Below are positions 14,698-27,897 of a DNA stretch of 64,000 nucleotides, piece after piece (within the stretch, counting starts at the first letter, position 1; each line of letters opens with the position of its first letter). A program made the position numbers and the translations under genes. A model generated the notes under the pieces. That model had not been told where the DNA came from and made no database searches. It saw only the letters and a list, made by a program, of their open reading frames with translations. The stretch comes from Eledone cirrhosa (lineage: Eukaryota), in assembly GCA_964016885.1 (NCBI GenBank), contig OZ024765.1:8494001-8558000 (forward strand), in the 5' to 3' direction.

Positions 14698-16030
14698 CCC
14701 ACTGTAAAGTGGTCGTGTAGGTGTCACAACAAAAAGTACCCAGTACACACTGTAAAGTGGTCATGTAGGTGTCACAACAAAAAGCACCCAGTCCACACTG
14801 TAAAGTGGTCATGTAGGTGTCACAACAAAAAACACCCAGTCCACACTGTAAAGTGGTCATGTAGGTGTCACAACAAAAAGTACCCAGTACACACTGTAAA
14901 GTGGTCATATAGGTGTCACAACAAAAAGCACCCAGTCCACACTGTAAAGTGGTCATATAGGTGTCACAACAAAAAGCACCCAGTCCTCACTGCAAAGTGA
15001 GCATGTAGGTGTCACAACAAAAAGCACCCAGTCCACACTGTAAAGTGGTCATGTAGGTGTCACAACAAAAAGCACCCAGTCCACACTGTAAAGTGGTCAT
15101 GTAGGTGTCACAACAAAAAACACCCAGTCCACACTGCAAAGTGGTCATGTAGGTGTCACAACAAAAAGCACCCAGTCCACACTGCAAAGTGGTCATGTAG
15201 GTGTCACAACAAAAAGCACCCAGTCCACACTGCAAAGTGGTCATGTAGGTGTCACAACAAAAAGCACCCAGTCCACACTGTAAAGTGGTCATGTAGGTGT
15301 CACAACAAAAAGCACCCAGTCCACACTGCAAAGTGGTCATGTAGGTGTCACAACAAAAAGCACCCAGTCCACACTGTAAAGTGGTCATGTAGGTGTCACA
15401 ACAAAAAGCCTCCAGTCCACACTGCAAAGTGGTCATGTAGGTGTCACAACAAAAAGCACCCAGTCCTCACTGCAAAGTGAGCATGTAGGTGTCACAACAA
15501 AAAGCACCCAGTCCACACTGTAAAGTGGTCATGTAGGTGTCACAACAAAAAGCACCCAGTCCACACTGTAAAGTGGTCATGTAGGTGTCACAACAAAAAT
15601 CACCCAGTCCACACTGTAAAGTGGTCATGTAGGTGTCACAACAAAAAGCACCCAGTCCTCACTGTAAAGTGGTCATGTAGGTGTCACAACAAAAAGCCTC
15701 CAGTCCACACTGCAAAGTGGTCATGTAGGTGTCACAACAAAAAGCCTCCAGTCCACACTGCAAAGTGGTCATGTAGGTGTCACAACAAAAAGCACCCAGT
15801 CCACACTGCAAAGTGGTCATGTAGGTGTCACAACAAAAAGCCTCCAGTCCACACTGCAAAGTGGTCATGTAGGTGTCACAACAAAAAGCACTCAGTCCTC
15901 ACTGCAAAGTGGTTATGTAGGTGTCACAACAAAAAGTACCCAGTCCACACTGCAAAGTGGTCATGTAGGTGTCACAACAAAAAGCACCCAGTCCACACTG
16001 TAGAGTGGTCATATAGGTGTCATGACAAAA
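14698..16030. repeat. 48-bp minisatellite derived from the SINE family A body; related array at 42140-42420
   Basis: Unit ccagtccacactgtaaagtggtcatgtaggtgtcacaacaaaaagcac. Confidence 0.95.
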
Positions 16031-16194
16031 AGCTATCCCAGTGTATTACTGGTACTTTATTTTATCAACCCAATAAGGATGAAAGGCAAAACTAACCTCG
16101 GCGGAATTTGAACTCAGAACGCAAAGGGCCGTAACTCTGTGCCACAAAGCATGGTGTCCGGCGCTCTACCGATTCTACTGCCAACCCACAGCCC

Positions 16195-16230
<36 letters not shown>

Positions 16231-16362
16231 GTTAACCATGACAGGATTTGAACTCAGAACGTAAAGGGCCGTAACTCTGTGCCACAAAGCATGGTGTCCG
16301 GCGCTCTACCAATTCTACTGCCAATCCACTACAAACAATGGTCAGCAATGGTTACAGTATAC

Positions 16363-16487
16363 CTCTTTAACAATGTAAGAGTACATTCGGTAGTTGGTGC
16401 TCCATTTTGGTTGTGTGGCGTCAATGTAAAAACCAGCGCCACTCCCGAAGTCATAACTCTCGTCTTCCCCTTCAATGTTACACTCTC
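16363..16487 (-). CDS. ESD: ESD coding exon 4 ([42 protein letters not shown])
   Basis: AG/GT boundaries. Conserved DFGxGAGFY and NYRMYSY motifs. Confidence 0.96.
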
Positions 16488-16580
16488 CTATAAATAGAAA
16501 AACATAAATAAGTTTTGTAGCTTGTTTGAAGTATCTAGTTTTACTCAGCTGTAGAAACGACATGGGCCTTTTCTGAGGCG

Positions 16581-17284
16581 AGGTTCCTGTTTGACAGGCC
16601 TTCATCAACATAAGACCAGGTTCCTGTTTGACAGGCCTTCATCAAGATAAAGCCAGGTTCCTGTTTGACAGGCCTTCATCAACATAAGACCAGGTTCCTG
16701 TTTGTCAGGCCTTCATCAACATAAGACCAGGTTCCTGTTTGTCAGGCCTTCATCAAGATAAAGCCAGGTTCCTGTTTGTCAGGCCTTCATCAAAATAAGA
16801 CCAGGTTCCAGTTTGTCAGGCCTTCATCAAGATAAAGCTAGGTTCCAGTTTGTCAGGCCTTCATCAACATAAGACCAGGTTCCTGTTTGACAGGCCTTCA
16901 TCAACATAAGACCAGGTTCCTGTTTGACAGGCCTTCATCAAGATAAAGCCAGGTTCCTGTTTGACAGGCCTTCATCAACATAAGACCAGGTTCCTGTTTA
17001 TCAGGCCTTCATCAACATAAGACCAGGTTCCTGTTTGACAGGCCTTCATCAAGATAAAGCCAGGTTCCTGTTTGACAGGCCTTCATCAACATAAGACCAG
17101 GTTCCTGTTTGTCAGGCCTTCATCAACATAAGACCAGGTTCCTGTTTGTCAGGCCTTCATCAACATAAGACCAGGTTCCTGTTTGTCAGGCCTTCGTCAA
17201 CATAAGACCAGGTTCCTGTTTGACAGGCCTTCATCAACATAAGACCAGGTTCCTGTTTGTCAGGCCTTCATCAACATAAGACCA
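16581..17284. repeat. 37-bp minisatellite (about 19 units)
   Basis: Unit ccaggttcctgtttgacaggccttcatcaacataaga. Confidence 0.95.
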
Positions 17285-17331
17285 GCCAAGCTCATTGAGA
17301 CCCTGCCAAATCACTGGGTGGCAGTAGTTGG

Positions 17332-17542
17332 AGCTGCCCACATTGACTGGTGTAGTGGTTCTGTAGAGGACCAAGCTGCCCACATCCACTGGTGTAGTGG
17401 TTCTGTAGAGGACCAAGCTGCCCACATCCACTGGTGTAGTGGTTCTGTAGAGGACCATTCTGCCCACATCCACTGGTGTAGTGGTTCTGTAGAGGACCAA
17501 GCTGCCCACATCCACTGGTGTAGTGGTTCTGTAGAGGACCAA
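17332..17542. repeat. 42-bp minisatellite (5 units)
   Basis: Unit gctgcccacatccactggtgtagtggttctgtagaggaccaa. Confidence 0.93.
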
Positions 17543-18044
17543 TGTAGACTGACAATGGAGAGGAGCTCCCGCTCAAGTTAGAAGAGAACTATTGACCTTC
17601 AGGAGAAGCAGTGACCCCTGATTGTATTCAGCAACCAAAACAGATATGAAGTACACCAAATCCAATGCTCCTAGGAGTGGCCCTGGTTCTTCTTCTTTGT
17701 GAGTGTAAACTCGGCCAGATTAGATTGTTGAATAGGAAACACAAATTTAAATAATTTTGAAAACCAAACAATGCATTAGAAAGAAAATTAAATTGCTAAG
17801 ATAACAAAATAATCTTCTCTTAGCAAATTTAATGATCCCAAATATTTTCAGGTTTAAAAACCCATTATCAAGTGAGTATCCCTAGGAGAGACAAAGTATC
17901 GATCGAGGTTGACTTGTTTGAGAGAGGGAGAGAGATAGTGAAAGAGAGAGAGTGAGGGAGAGAGAAAGTGAGAGAGAGAGAGAGAGATAGTGAGAGAGGG
18001 AGAGAGAGAGAGAGACCAAAGAAAATATCAACCTATCTACTTAC

Positions 18045-18143
18045 GAGGGCTTGTATCAGGGGCCACAACAATGAGGTTCTGTTCAGCAGCGTACCTTTGG
18101 AAGCCGGACTTGGTAATAAAATTCTGCTCCGTACAGGTCAACC
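18045..18143 (-). CDS. ESD: ESD coding exon 3 ([33 protein letters not shown])
   Basis: 99-nt exon with AG/GTAAGT boundaries. Conserved LTCTEQNF and APDTSPR motifs. Confidence 0.95.
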
Positions 18144-18698
18144 CTGGTAAAACCAAATTGAAACAATAGAACCTTTATCATTTTCATCAAACCCTTATCC
18201 TTCTCCAACCCTTAAATCATTCTTAACCCTTTCATGACCACATTTCTAAAAAATACTCTATTTCAGTTAATTAATGAAGAATTCTGAGGGTGCCCCTGCA
18301 TGGACACACTGGTAGAAGACCAAGGTTAACATATGTTGATGCCCTAAGGACAGACACTGGTTTCTTGAAGATGCAGGACATGGCAGCGACAATGAGGGAC
18401 AGAGGCCACTGGAGAGAACTCGTCCATGGATCTCGGGGAATTCTACCTGCCCTAGATATATAGATTTGAGGGATTTACTAAAATTAATTATTTCATTACT
18501 AAGACAGGACAGTAACTTGACATATGGTTCTTATATAAAATTATGTTGGAATATTTTAATTTAAATAGGAACCCTGTATTTCAATTAATTAAAGAAAAAT
18601 TTTGAGTGATTTACTAAAATTATTAATTATTACATTACTAAGACAGTAACTTAATGTAAGGTTCTTAAATAAAATTATGATGGAAGATTTTAATTTAA

Positions 18699-20003
18699 CA
18701 CTTTAGCATTTAAACCGGCTGTAAACGGCCAGAATTCTCTCATCTCTTTCAGTTCAAACCAGCCGTAACCTGCAACTCATACCGATGTTGAGGTATTGTT
18801 CTCAAAATAACATCATCAAAATCTGATAGCTTCGATATTATGTGAACTAAAGTGTTGACTGTGAAAATATAATAGTATATATAAAGTAATGTAAATGTTA
18901 TGTGAGATATTATGTGAGGTAAAGCCTTTACTGTGAAAATACAATAGTATATATAGAGTAATGTAAATGTTATGTGAGATATTATGTGAGGTAAAGCCTT
19001 TACTGTGAAAATACAATAGTATATATAGAGTAATGTAAATGTTATGTGAGATATTATGTGAGGTAAAGCCTTTACTGTGAAAATACTATAGTATATATAG
19101 AGTAATGTAAATGTTATGTGAGGTAAAGCCTTTACTGTGAAAATACAATAGTATATATAAAGTAATGTAAATGTTATGTGAGATATTATGTGAGGTAAAG
19201 CCTTTACTGTGAAAATACAATAGTATATATAAAGTAATGTAAATGTTATGTGAGATATTATGTGAGGTAAAGCCTTTACTGTGAAAATACAATAGTATAT
19301 ATAAAGTAATGTAAATGTTATGTGAGATATTATGTGAGGTAAAGCCTTTACTGTGAAAATACTATAGTATATATAGAGTAATGTAAATGTTATGTGAGAT
19401 ATTATGTGAGGTAAAGCCTTTACTGTGAAAATACTATAGTATATATAGAGTAATGTAAATGTTATGTGAGATATTATGTGAGGTAAAGCCTTTACTGTGA
19501 AAATACTATAGTATATATAGAGTAATGTAAATGTTATGTGAGGTAAAGCCTTTACTGTGAAAATACAATAGTATATATAAAGTAATGTAAATGTTATGTG
19601 AGATATTATGTGAGGTAAAGCCTTTACTGTGAAAATACAATAGTATATATCAAGTAATGTAAATGTTATGTGAGATATTATGTGAGGTAAAGCCTTTACT
19701 GTGAAAATACAATAGTATATATAGAGTAATGTAAATGTTATGTGAGATATTATGTGAGGTAAAGCCTTTACTGTGAAAATACTATAGTATATATAGAGTA
19801 ATGTAAATGTTATGTGAGATATTATGTGAGGTAAAGCCTTTACTGTGAAAATACTATAGTATATATAGAGTAATGTAAATGTTATGTGAGATATTATGTG
19901 AGGTAAAGCCTTTACTGTGAAAATACAATAGTATATATAGAGTAATGTAAATGTTATGTGAGATATTATGTGAGGTAAAGCCTTTACTGTAAATGGTAAA
20001 GGG
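18699..20003. mobile_element. piggyBac-like MITE with internal 72-bp satellite (about 16 units)
   Basis: TTAA at 18695-18698 and 20004-20007, with the same TIRs and body as 6361-6568. Confidence 0.75.
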
Positions 20004-20595
20004 TTAAATAAGGACCCTATATTTTAATTAAATAAGGAAGAATTTTGTGGGATTTACTAAAATTATTTATTATTTCATTACTAAGACAGTAACTTAACTA
20101 TATATGATGTTGTCCAAGGGAAAGTCAATGGCTGATACAGCTTGGCACCAGTGACATTACAACTAATTTCTACAGAGGTGTGAAATGGAGTAATGTGAAA
20201 GAGTGTCTTGCTGAAGGACACAACACATCATCCAATCTGGGAATCAAACTCAACACTATAACCCGTCAGCCATGCATCTCCACATGACTGTCTAAATCAA
20301 TACCAGTAATTATCATGGTAACAAAAGACATGAAACAAAACAAAACCCCAAAAATAAATAATAATAATAATTTCTAGTATAGGCATAAGGCCAGTAATTT
20401 GGAGGGAGGGAGGGAAAAGTCGATGAAATCAGTCCCAGTGCGAGACTGGTACTTTATTTTATCAACCCCGTAAGGATGAAAGGCAAAGTTAACCTTAGCA
20501 GGATTTGAACTCAGACCGTAAAGAGAAATAACTCTGTGATGCAAAGCATGGTATCCATTCTCTACCCTTACTGCCAATTCACAGTCCAAAAAATA

Positions 20596-20637
<42 letters not shown>

Positions 20638-20642
20638 CTCAC

Positions 20643-20731
20643 CAGAAAGCCAGTAAAGTACAGGAAGTTTGTCAAATTCAGATTTTCCAGGTAAATATAT
20701 CCCAAATTTCATGTCACATTTTAATTCACCA
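20643..20731 (-). CDS. ESD: ESD coding exon 2 (GELKCDMKFGIYLPGKSEFDKLPVLYWLS)
   Basis: AG/GT boundaries, phase-compatible with exons 1 and 3. Contains the ESD LYWLSG motif. Confidence 0.95.
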
Positions 20732-21358
20732 CTGAAAATAGAATTTTCAAGGTAAATTTTCGCCATTTCTGTAATGAGCCAGCTTCAGCATTTGGTAATC
20801 AGAAGAAGGGAGGTAAGTGTAAAAGTCAGAAGGGAGGTAAGTGTAAAAGCCAAACACGATCTTCACTTCAGTTTTTGTGCAAACCCTTACCTATGGTCAT
20901 GAATCTGGGGTAATGATCAAAAGAATATAATCACAAATACAAGCGGCCGAAATGGAGTTCCTCCAAAGGGTTTCTGGAGTAATGTTACTCAATAGAGTGT
21001 GTAGTTCGGAGATCAGAGAGTCACTCCAGGTAGAGCTGCTACTTCTCCGAATTGAGAGATCACAGCTCTGATACTATCTGCATGAGGTTAGAATGTCTCA
21101 GGAAAGAATTCCCGAATTGAGAGATCACAGCTCTGATGCTATGGACATGTGGTTAGAATGACTCAGGAAAGAATTGCTGGACAGATTTGTATCTCAGAGA
21201 TCAGAGAGTCACTCCAGGTAGAGCTGCTACTTCTCTTAGAAACTGTAGTTAAATGGAGATGAGATATGTCTTCTATGCTTGACTGAGCAGCATAACATCT
21301 TGACTCAATATAACAGGGAGCGGGGAAAGGAGAGTGACAAGAAAGAAAGTATTGTTAC

Positions 21359-21429
21359 CTGGAATGTTTGAAGACTTTCTGTAAGCCCCCAAAACATTTG
21401 GCAGATGACAGTTCTTCAAGATGACCCAT
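21359..21429 (-). CDS. ESD: S-formylglutathione hydrolase / esterase D, coding exon 1 (MGHLEELSSAKCFGGLQKVFKHS)
   Basis: Translation matches the ESD N-terminus (KCFGGLQKVF). ATG at 21429, GT donor at 21358. An AG acceptor at 21452-21453 implies an upstream non-coding exon. Confidence 0.92.
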
Positions 21430-22333
21430 TATAACTTTCAAACTAAAGAACCTGACAAAACAAAATATAAAAATAAATACATCAAAACCATGTATGTGTG
21501 TGTGTGTATATATATATATATTAGAAAGTGAGGTTTTTTTTACAAAATGAAAAATAACCGAGGTGTCCTACATGAGTGAAAGTATAAGGAAAAAAGATGA
21601 AATCGATAATGCAACTGGTGTCTTTTTTTTTTTAAATATACATTTATTTGGTTCCTTTACCGGTTTCGCAGTTCTTCTGCTTTTCAAAAGTAGAATTGAG
21701 ATGGAGGGTTTGTGGTTTTTCTCACATCTGTATATATATATGTGTGTATATCATCATCATCATCATCATTGTTTAACGTCTATCTTCCATGCTAGCATGG
21801 GTTTAGACGGGAATTATCCCACTTGAGGCAAGATTGGTCGTCTCGCTCATATAGGATTGTCTGGCAGGTTTTCAACGGCTGGATGCCCTTCCTAACACCA
21901 ACCACATTTAAAGTGCGGACTGAGAGGTTTTTACCGTGTTACCTACACAGCCACATTACAGCGTGGACTGTGTGTTTTTTTGTCGTGACACCTACACGAC
22001 CTCATTTATTTCGGACTGGATGTTGTGGCACCAACATAACTTTACAGAGAAAGGGGTGATGTAGATGTGGGTGTATATTTGATTAAGAGGTGTCTACTGA
22101 CTGTAGGTTTCGCTTTGTACTTAGGCAAGGCGGGTCTTCTGTATTACTGCGTAGCGGCAACGATCTCGGTCCAGTGATATACATATATCATCATCATCTT
22201 CGTTTAACGTCCATTTTCCATGCTAGCATGGGTTAGAGGGGAGTTGTCCCACTTGAGGCAAGGTTGGTTGGGTAACCGTGTCTCGCTCATATAGGACTAT
22301 CTAGCAGGTTTTCTACATATATATATATATATA

Positions 22334-22623
22334 TTGAAAAGATAACAAGGACGATTGGTTACTCCTTCATTACATATATTGGTAGGGGACGCGCGTTTCG
22401 CCACTGATCAGCTCAAGGTTCGATCTGTATTGATCTTACCCGACTCTATAATCGGCAGCTCGACGGACCCTTTAATAGCATTTTAAGGGTCCGTCGAGCT
22501 GCCGATTATAGAGTCGGGTAAGATCAATACAGATCGAACCTTGAGCTGATCAGTGGCGAAACGCGCGTCCCCTACCAATATATGTAATGAAGGAGTAACC
22601 AATCGTCCTTGTTATCTTTTCAA
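22334..22623. mobile_element. Perfect palindrome (139-bp arms, 12-nt spacer) inserted in (TA)n
   Basis: 22334-22472 is the exact reverse complement of 22485-22623. Each arm contains GAAACGCGCGTC. Confidence 0.85.
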
Positions 22624-22689
22624 TATATATATATATATGGTCAGCTGACTGGTCTAGCTTCAGAACATGACAATACATACTTCTGTTAT

Positions 22690-23200
22690 CACCACAACAC
22701 ACCAACCACACCATCACCCCTTCATCCACGACTACTACATACCAACCACAACACCATCAACACCACACCACCATCAACACCACCATCATTACCATTGCAC
22801 ACCAACCACAACCACTACACGCCACCATCACCCCTACACCACCACACCACCACCATCAACCACTACACGCCACCACCACCATCACCACACCCCCACCATC
22901 ATTACCATTGCACACCAACCACAACCACTACACGCCACCATCACCCCTACACCACCACACCACCACCATCAACCACTACACGCCACCACCACCCCTACAC
23001 CACCACCATCATTACCATTGCACACCAACCACAACCACTACACGCCACCATCACCCATACACCACCACCACCACCACCATCAACCACTACACGCCACCAC
23101 CACCCCTACACCACCACCATCATTACCATTGCACACCAACCACAACCACTACACGCCACCATCACCCATACACCACCACCACCACCACCAACACTAGCAC
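22690..23200. repeat. (CAC)n-based low-complexity repeat; complementary (GGT)n tract at 46900-47510
   Basis: Direct inspection. Confidence 0.9.
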
Positions 23201-23539
23201 CACCAACACCAAATATAAAAGTGACTTATCAGTATGATAAGTCTACAGTACAAAGTTTTAACGAGGAGGGGGAGGGGATGTCGCCAATGGTAACCCCATT
23301 AAATCCTGCACGTGTATGTGTGTGTGTATATATGTGCCTTTGCTCACTATAAAAGCTTCACGGCACAGGCATTGCTTTATATCTGGAGATCGCTCTGCAC
23401 TTGTTGTCACATGGTACCATGGGCCCAGCACTATGTCAATAATTGTCACAAGTGTAGTGTTTGTGCCAGAGTGCATGGGTAGGGGTTCGCCTACATGGAT
23501 ATAAAGTGGTGGCCGTATTCGAAAACGAGTTGGCAGCCA

Positions 23540-23594
<55 letters not shown>

Positions 23595-23689
23595 GATATT
23601 TTTTACCAGTTTAAACTAGTAAGAAGATTGTCCTGCAAAGTACTTGAAACTTGGGTTAACACAGTGTAAATATATATATATACAGTAAT

Positions 23690-23985
23690 AATAATAAATG
23701 TGAAGACTAAAATCCAAAGAGGGCTCGATAAGGATAAATATATATCAAATATATAAGAACCCTATAGCAAATATTTATTAAAATAACAGATTAAAGTCTA
23801 AGCAAAGAATCGCTGCTTTCACCCTTAACGGTTTCAGAAGATCCCGTTAAGGGTGAAAGCAGCGATTCTTTGCTTAGACTTTAATCTGTTATTTTAATAA
23901 ATATTTGCTCTATGGTTTTATATATTTTGATATATATTTATCCTTATCGAGCCCTCTTCGGATTTTAGTCTTCACGTTTATTATT
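23690..23985. mobile_element. Fold-back element (about 145-bp arms); partial copies at 23992-24120, 51750-51835 and 54175-54240
   Basis: Inverted arms around tttcagaagatcccgttaagggtgaaagcagcg, a degenerate hammerhead-like core (CAGAAGA / ccc-gttaa-ggg / GAAA). Confidence 0.7.
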
Positions 23986-24640
23986 ATATATATATTTATT
24001 AAAATAACAGATTAAAGTTTAAGCAAAGAATCGCTGCTTTCACTCTTAACGGGATCTTCTTTTTATATTTATCCTTATCGAGCCCTCTTTGAATTTTAGT
24101 CTTCAAATTTATTATTATTACTATTATTATTATTATTATTATTATATTTATATATATATATTATAAATTGCTTATGGTGCTTTTCCCGAACCCTATCACA
24201 TAAGTAAAATGTTACGCTAATTAAATTCTATATATTCAAATATATATATATATTATATAATAGTCGGGGCCTGACGGCTGAGCTCTTGCCGTTTTGACAG
24301 TAAAATTGCAGGGTCTGGAATTCGCTGTGGAAACGACAAGCGGTCAGTCGCTGGGCCCCATATTCTCTAGCATAATATATATTTTAAGCTAATATAAGTA
24401 ATATATAACCTGTCTAACGGTAAATAATTATTTATTTTTTCACCAATTTAATTAGGTCATATTTTAAATTAAAAAAAACCTGAAGTCCAACTGTTTTTTT
24501 TTTCTCCCACACGTAACATTCTCTGGGTTTGTGTGTTTTTTTTCTAATCACATGCTTGGTTGTCACCAAGGGCTCTTTTCAGGGGGGTACCAGGGAACAA
24601 GCCCCGCCTCCCTGAAATAAGACCCCTGTATATATATATA

Positions 24641-24843
24641 TGAGGGTCGCCTGAAAGGTTCCTAGGTTGACCAAGATACTCCCATAGAATGACCAAATGA
24701 GGTTTATTTTTCAATATAGTCTTTGGAAAACAATGCAGTTATTAATAAGAAGAGTTGAATGAAATGCATGCACGATTTCACAGCTCTAGCATCTCTCCTT
24801 CATGGTCTCATAGTCAGCCTGTGAACTTTTGAGCCGACTCTCA
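24641..24843. mobile_element. Tc1/mariner-like MITE
   Basis: Imperfect TIRs TA-tgagggtcgcctgaaaggttc ... gaacttttgagccgactctca-TA. Confidence 0.5.
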
Positions 24844-25525
24844 TACTTTATATATGTATGTATATATACATATATATATATTAATTTATGTGTGCGTGTA
24901 TCCCGTGTTCAATCAGGGTAACCACAGTAAAGTACTCAATAGATAGTAGAGTATATAGAAATGGCTTCTACAGGACTAGTACTGTTTCATTCGAAGGAAA
25001 TCTATCTAGCGACTTTGAAGTACACGAGAACTTTAAACGGGCATGCGTTAATGCATTTATCAAACACATTAAGCTCGTTAGTACTAAAATATAATTAGTT
25101 AGTGTTAATTAACTAAGTAATATTAACGCAGAAACTAATGAGTTGAACAAAGAAGCATAAAAGATGAAAGAAGGCGGCGAGATTAAGAGATATAATCAAG
25201 ACGTTATCACGTACCTGCGATAGAATGCCAGACTTACCAAGAACAAATAACTGTGTAAGGAATATAAGAAGAGGGGGACATTTTACATTTATCTCCCTTG
25301 CTTTTATCCTCTTCAAGATAAGACATATATCATCATCATCACCGTGTTATGGTATTTTTTTCAATCTCTGCTTCTCTGAATTCAACTTTGCCTTTCATCC
25401 ATTTGGGGTCACTAAAATAAGTACCAGTCGAGTGCTGGGGTCAATTCTTCCTCTATATCCTTCTCACTGCCATTCTCTCACCCTCTCTATTCTTCTCTGG
25501 AAGAAATCTGCTGTATTCAGACCTG

Positions 25526-25836
25526 GAGAGGAGATGGTCTCCCCAGGTTTCATCTTCCATAGTAATACCACCAGCTGAGGCAGATACTAGAGAGGAGATG
25601 GTCTCCCCAGGTTTCATCTTCCATAGTAATACCACCAGCTGAGGCAGATACTAGAGAGATGGTCTCCCCAGGTTTCATCTTCCATAGTAATACCACCAGC
25701 TGAGGCAGATACTAGAGAGATGGTCTCCCCAGGTTTCATCTTCCATAGTAATACCACCAGCTGAGGCAGATACTAGAGAGGAGATGGTTTCCCCAGGTTT
25801 CATCTTCCATAGTAATACCACTAGCTGAGGCAGATA
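25526..25836. repeat. 61-64-bp minisatellite (5 units)
   Basis: Unit gagagatggtctccccaggtttcatcttccatagtaataccaccagctgaggcagatacta. Confidence 0.93.
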
Positions 25837-26233
25837 ATTGGCAGAGTTGTTAGAATGTCAGACCCGATGCTGTATTGTACTCATGTTGGCTCTGTGAGTT
25901 CAAGTCCTGCCGAGGTTAACTTAGCCTTTCATCCTTTCAAGGTCGATAAAAAAAGTACCAGTCAAGTACTGGGGTAAATTCTTTCTCTATATATCTTTCT
26001 CACCTCCATTCTCTGGAAGAAATCTGCTGTATTTAGAGCTGGGGAGGGGGGGGGGGTCAATAATATAAAGTACCAGTTAAATACTGGGGTCAATTCTTTT
26101 CTTATATTTCTTTCTACAACTCACTATCATTTTCTGGAAGAAATCTGCTGTATTCAGAGCTGGTGATGAGTTCTGCCAGGATGCCCCAGAACCCCTGTAT
26201 GTTAATACATTGTCCCCATTATCTACCTATCTA

Positions 26234-26720
26234 TCATCATCATCATCGTTTAACGTCCGTGTTCCACGCTTGCATGGGTTTGGACGGAGGGTTTTCCCAC
26301 TTGAGGCAAGAGTGGTTGTCTTGCTCGCATAGGACTGTCTGGCGGGTTTTCTACAGTTGGATGCCCTTCCTAACACCAACCACATTTACAGTGTGGGACT
26401 GGGAGGTTTTTACCGTGTTGCCTACACGGCCACATTACAGCGTGGACTGTGTTTTTTTGACGTGACACCTACACGATCTCATTTGTTTCGGCCTGGATGT
26501 TGTGGCACCAACATAACTTTACATTGAAAGGGGCGGTGTGGATGGGGTGGGACGGGGGTGTATTTTGTTAGAGATGCCTACTGACTGTAGTAGGTTTTAC
26601 TTTGTATTTAGGTAAGGCGGGTCTTCTCTATTACTGAGTACCGCCAAAGGTCTCGGTCCAGTGACATTGTCTTGGTGAGGTGTAAGTGTGTGAGGTCGGA
26701 ATTTATCAGCTCGTCCCAGG
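26234..26720 (-). mobile_element. SINE-like family A copy (unexpanded)
   Basis: Same body with a single internal unit. Confidence 0.8.
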
Positions 26721-27897
26721 TTTTTCTGGGTCTGCCTATTCCGTGGCTACCGTCTATATATTACTAAAACTCTGTGATTGCTTGCTTGGCTGTAATGTAA
26801 TACAGCCAAAAGGGCGCATAATGGGAAAATGCTGTGAAAGGAAGTTGCCCCTGAAAAGGGGATACAAATGTAAATCACACCACAGGTTCCCGAGATATGG
26901 GGTTTTTCCAGGTACCTTCATAAACAGAGAGAAGATAGAGAGGAAGAGAGAGTGGTTGTGAGAGAGTAGATTGAAAGAGAGACATAGAGAGAGGGAGAGG
27001 AGACAGAGAAGGAGAATGGAAGAGAGAGAGTTGGTGGTGGTGTTGTGTATATATATATATATACATATATATATATGTGTCTATGACCAGTGTATATAGA
27101 TCACAGACACATATATGTATACAAACGCACACATTTATATATATATACACACACACACACGTATATATATATATGGGCCTTCCAGTTTCATTTCACATTA
27201 TATACATGTCTGTATATTTTAATTATTTAAAAATTATTTTGAAGTGAATGTCACTGAACGGGTCAAGGGTGGTCTAGTGTTCTATAAATGTTTCTACTTT
27301 TGGCACAAGGCCAGCAATTACCTCAGTACATTACTGGTACTTTATTTTATTGACCCCGTAAAGATGAACGGCAAAGTTAACCTCGGCGGGATTTAAACGC
27401 AGAACGTAAAGGGCCATAACTCTGTGCTGCAAAGCATGTCGTCCGACCTTCTACCGATACTGCCAATTCATATTCCATAATAATGGTTTCTGATATAGGC
27501 ACAAGGCCAGCAATTTTGGGGGAGGGGACAGGCGATTAAGTCGACCCCAGTGCGTGACTGGTACTTTATTTTTTCGACCCCCGTAAGGATAAAAGGCAAA
27601 GTTAACCTCGACGGGATTTGAACTCAGACCATAAAGGGCCGTAACTCTATGCTGCAAAGCATGGCGTCCGACCCTCTACCGATAACTGCCAATCCATATT
27701 CCATAATAATTGTTTCTACCTTTGGCACAAGGCCAGCAATTACCCCAGTGTATTACTGGTGCTTTATTTTACTGACCCCGTAAAGATGAAAGGCAAAGTT
27801 AACCTCGGCGGGATTTGAACTCCATAATAATGAAAGCTATAAATAGTTGATCACTTTTATATGATTGATTATCATTCTGTTGTGAATATGATTTTAA

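Noticed and set aside
16581-17542. 37-bp and 42-bp repeats as a CRISPR-like array
   Set aside because: The units are directly abutted without unique spacers, there are no cas genes, and the context is a eukaryotic intron.
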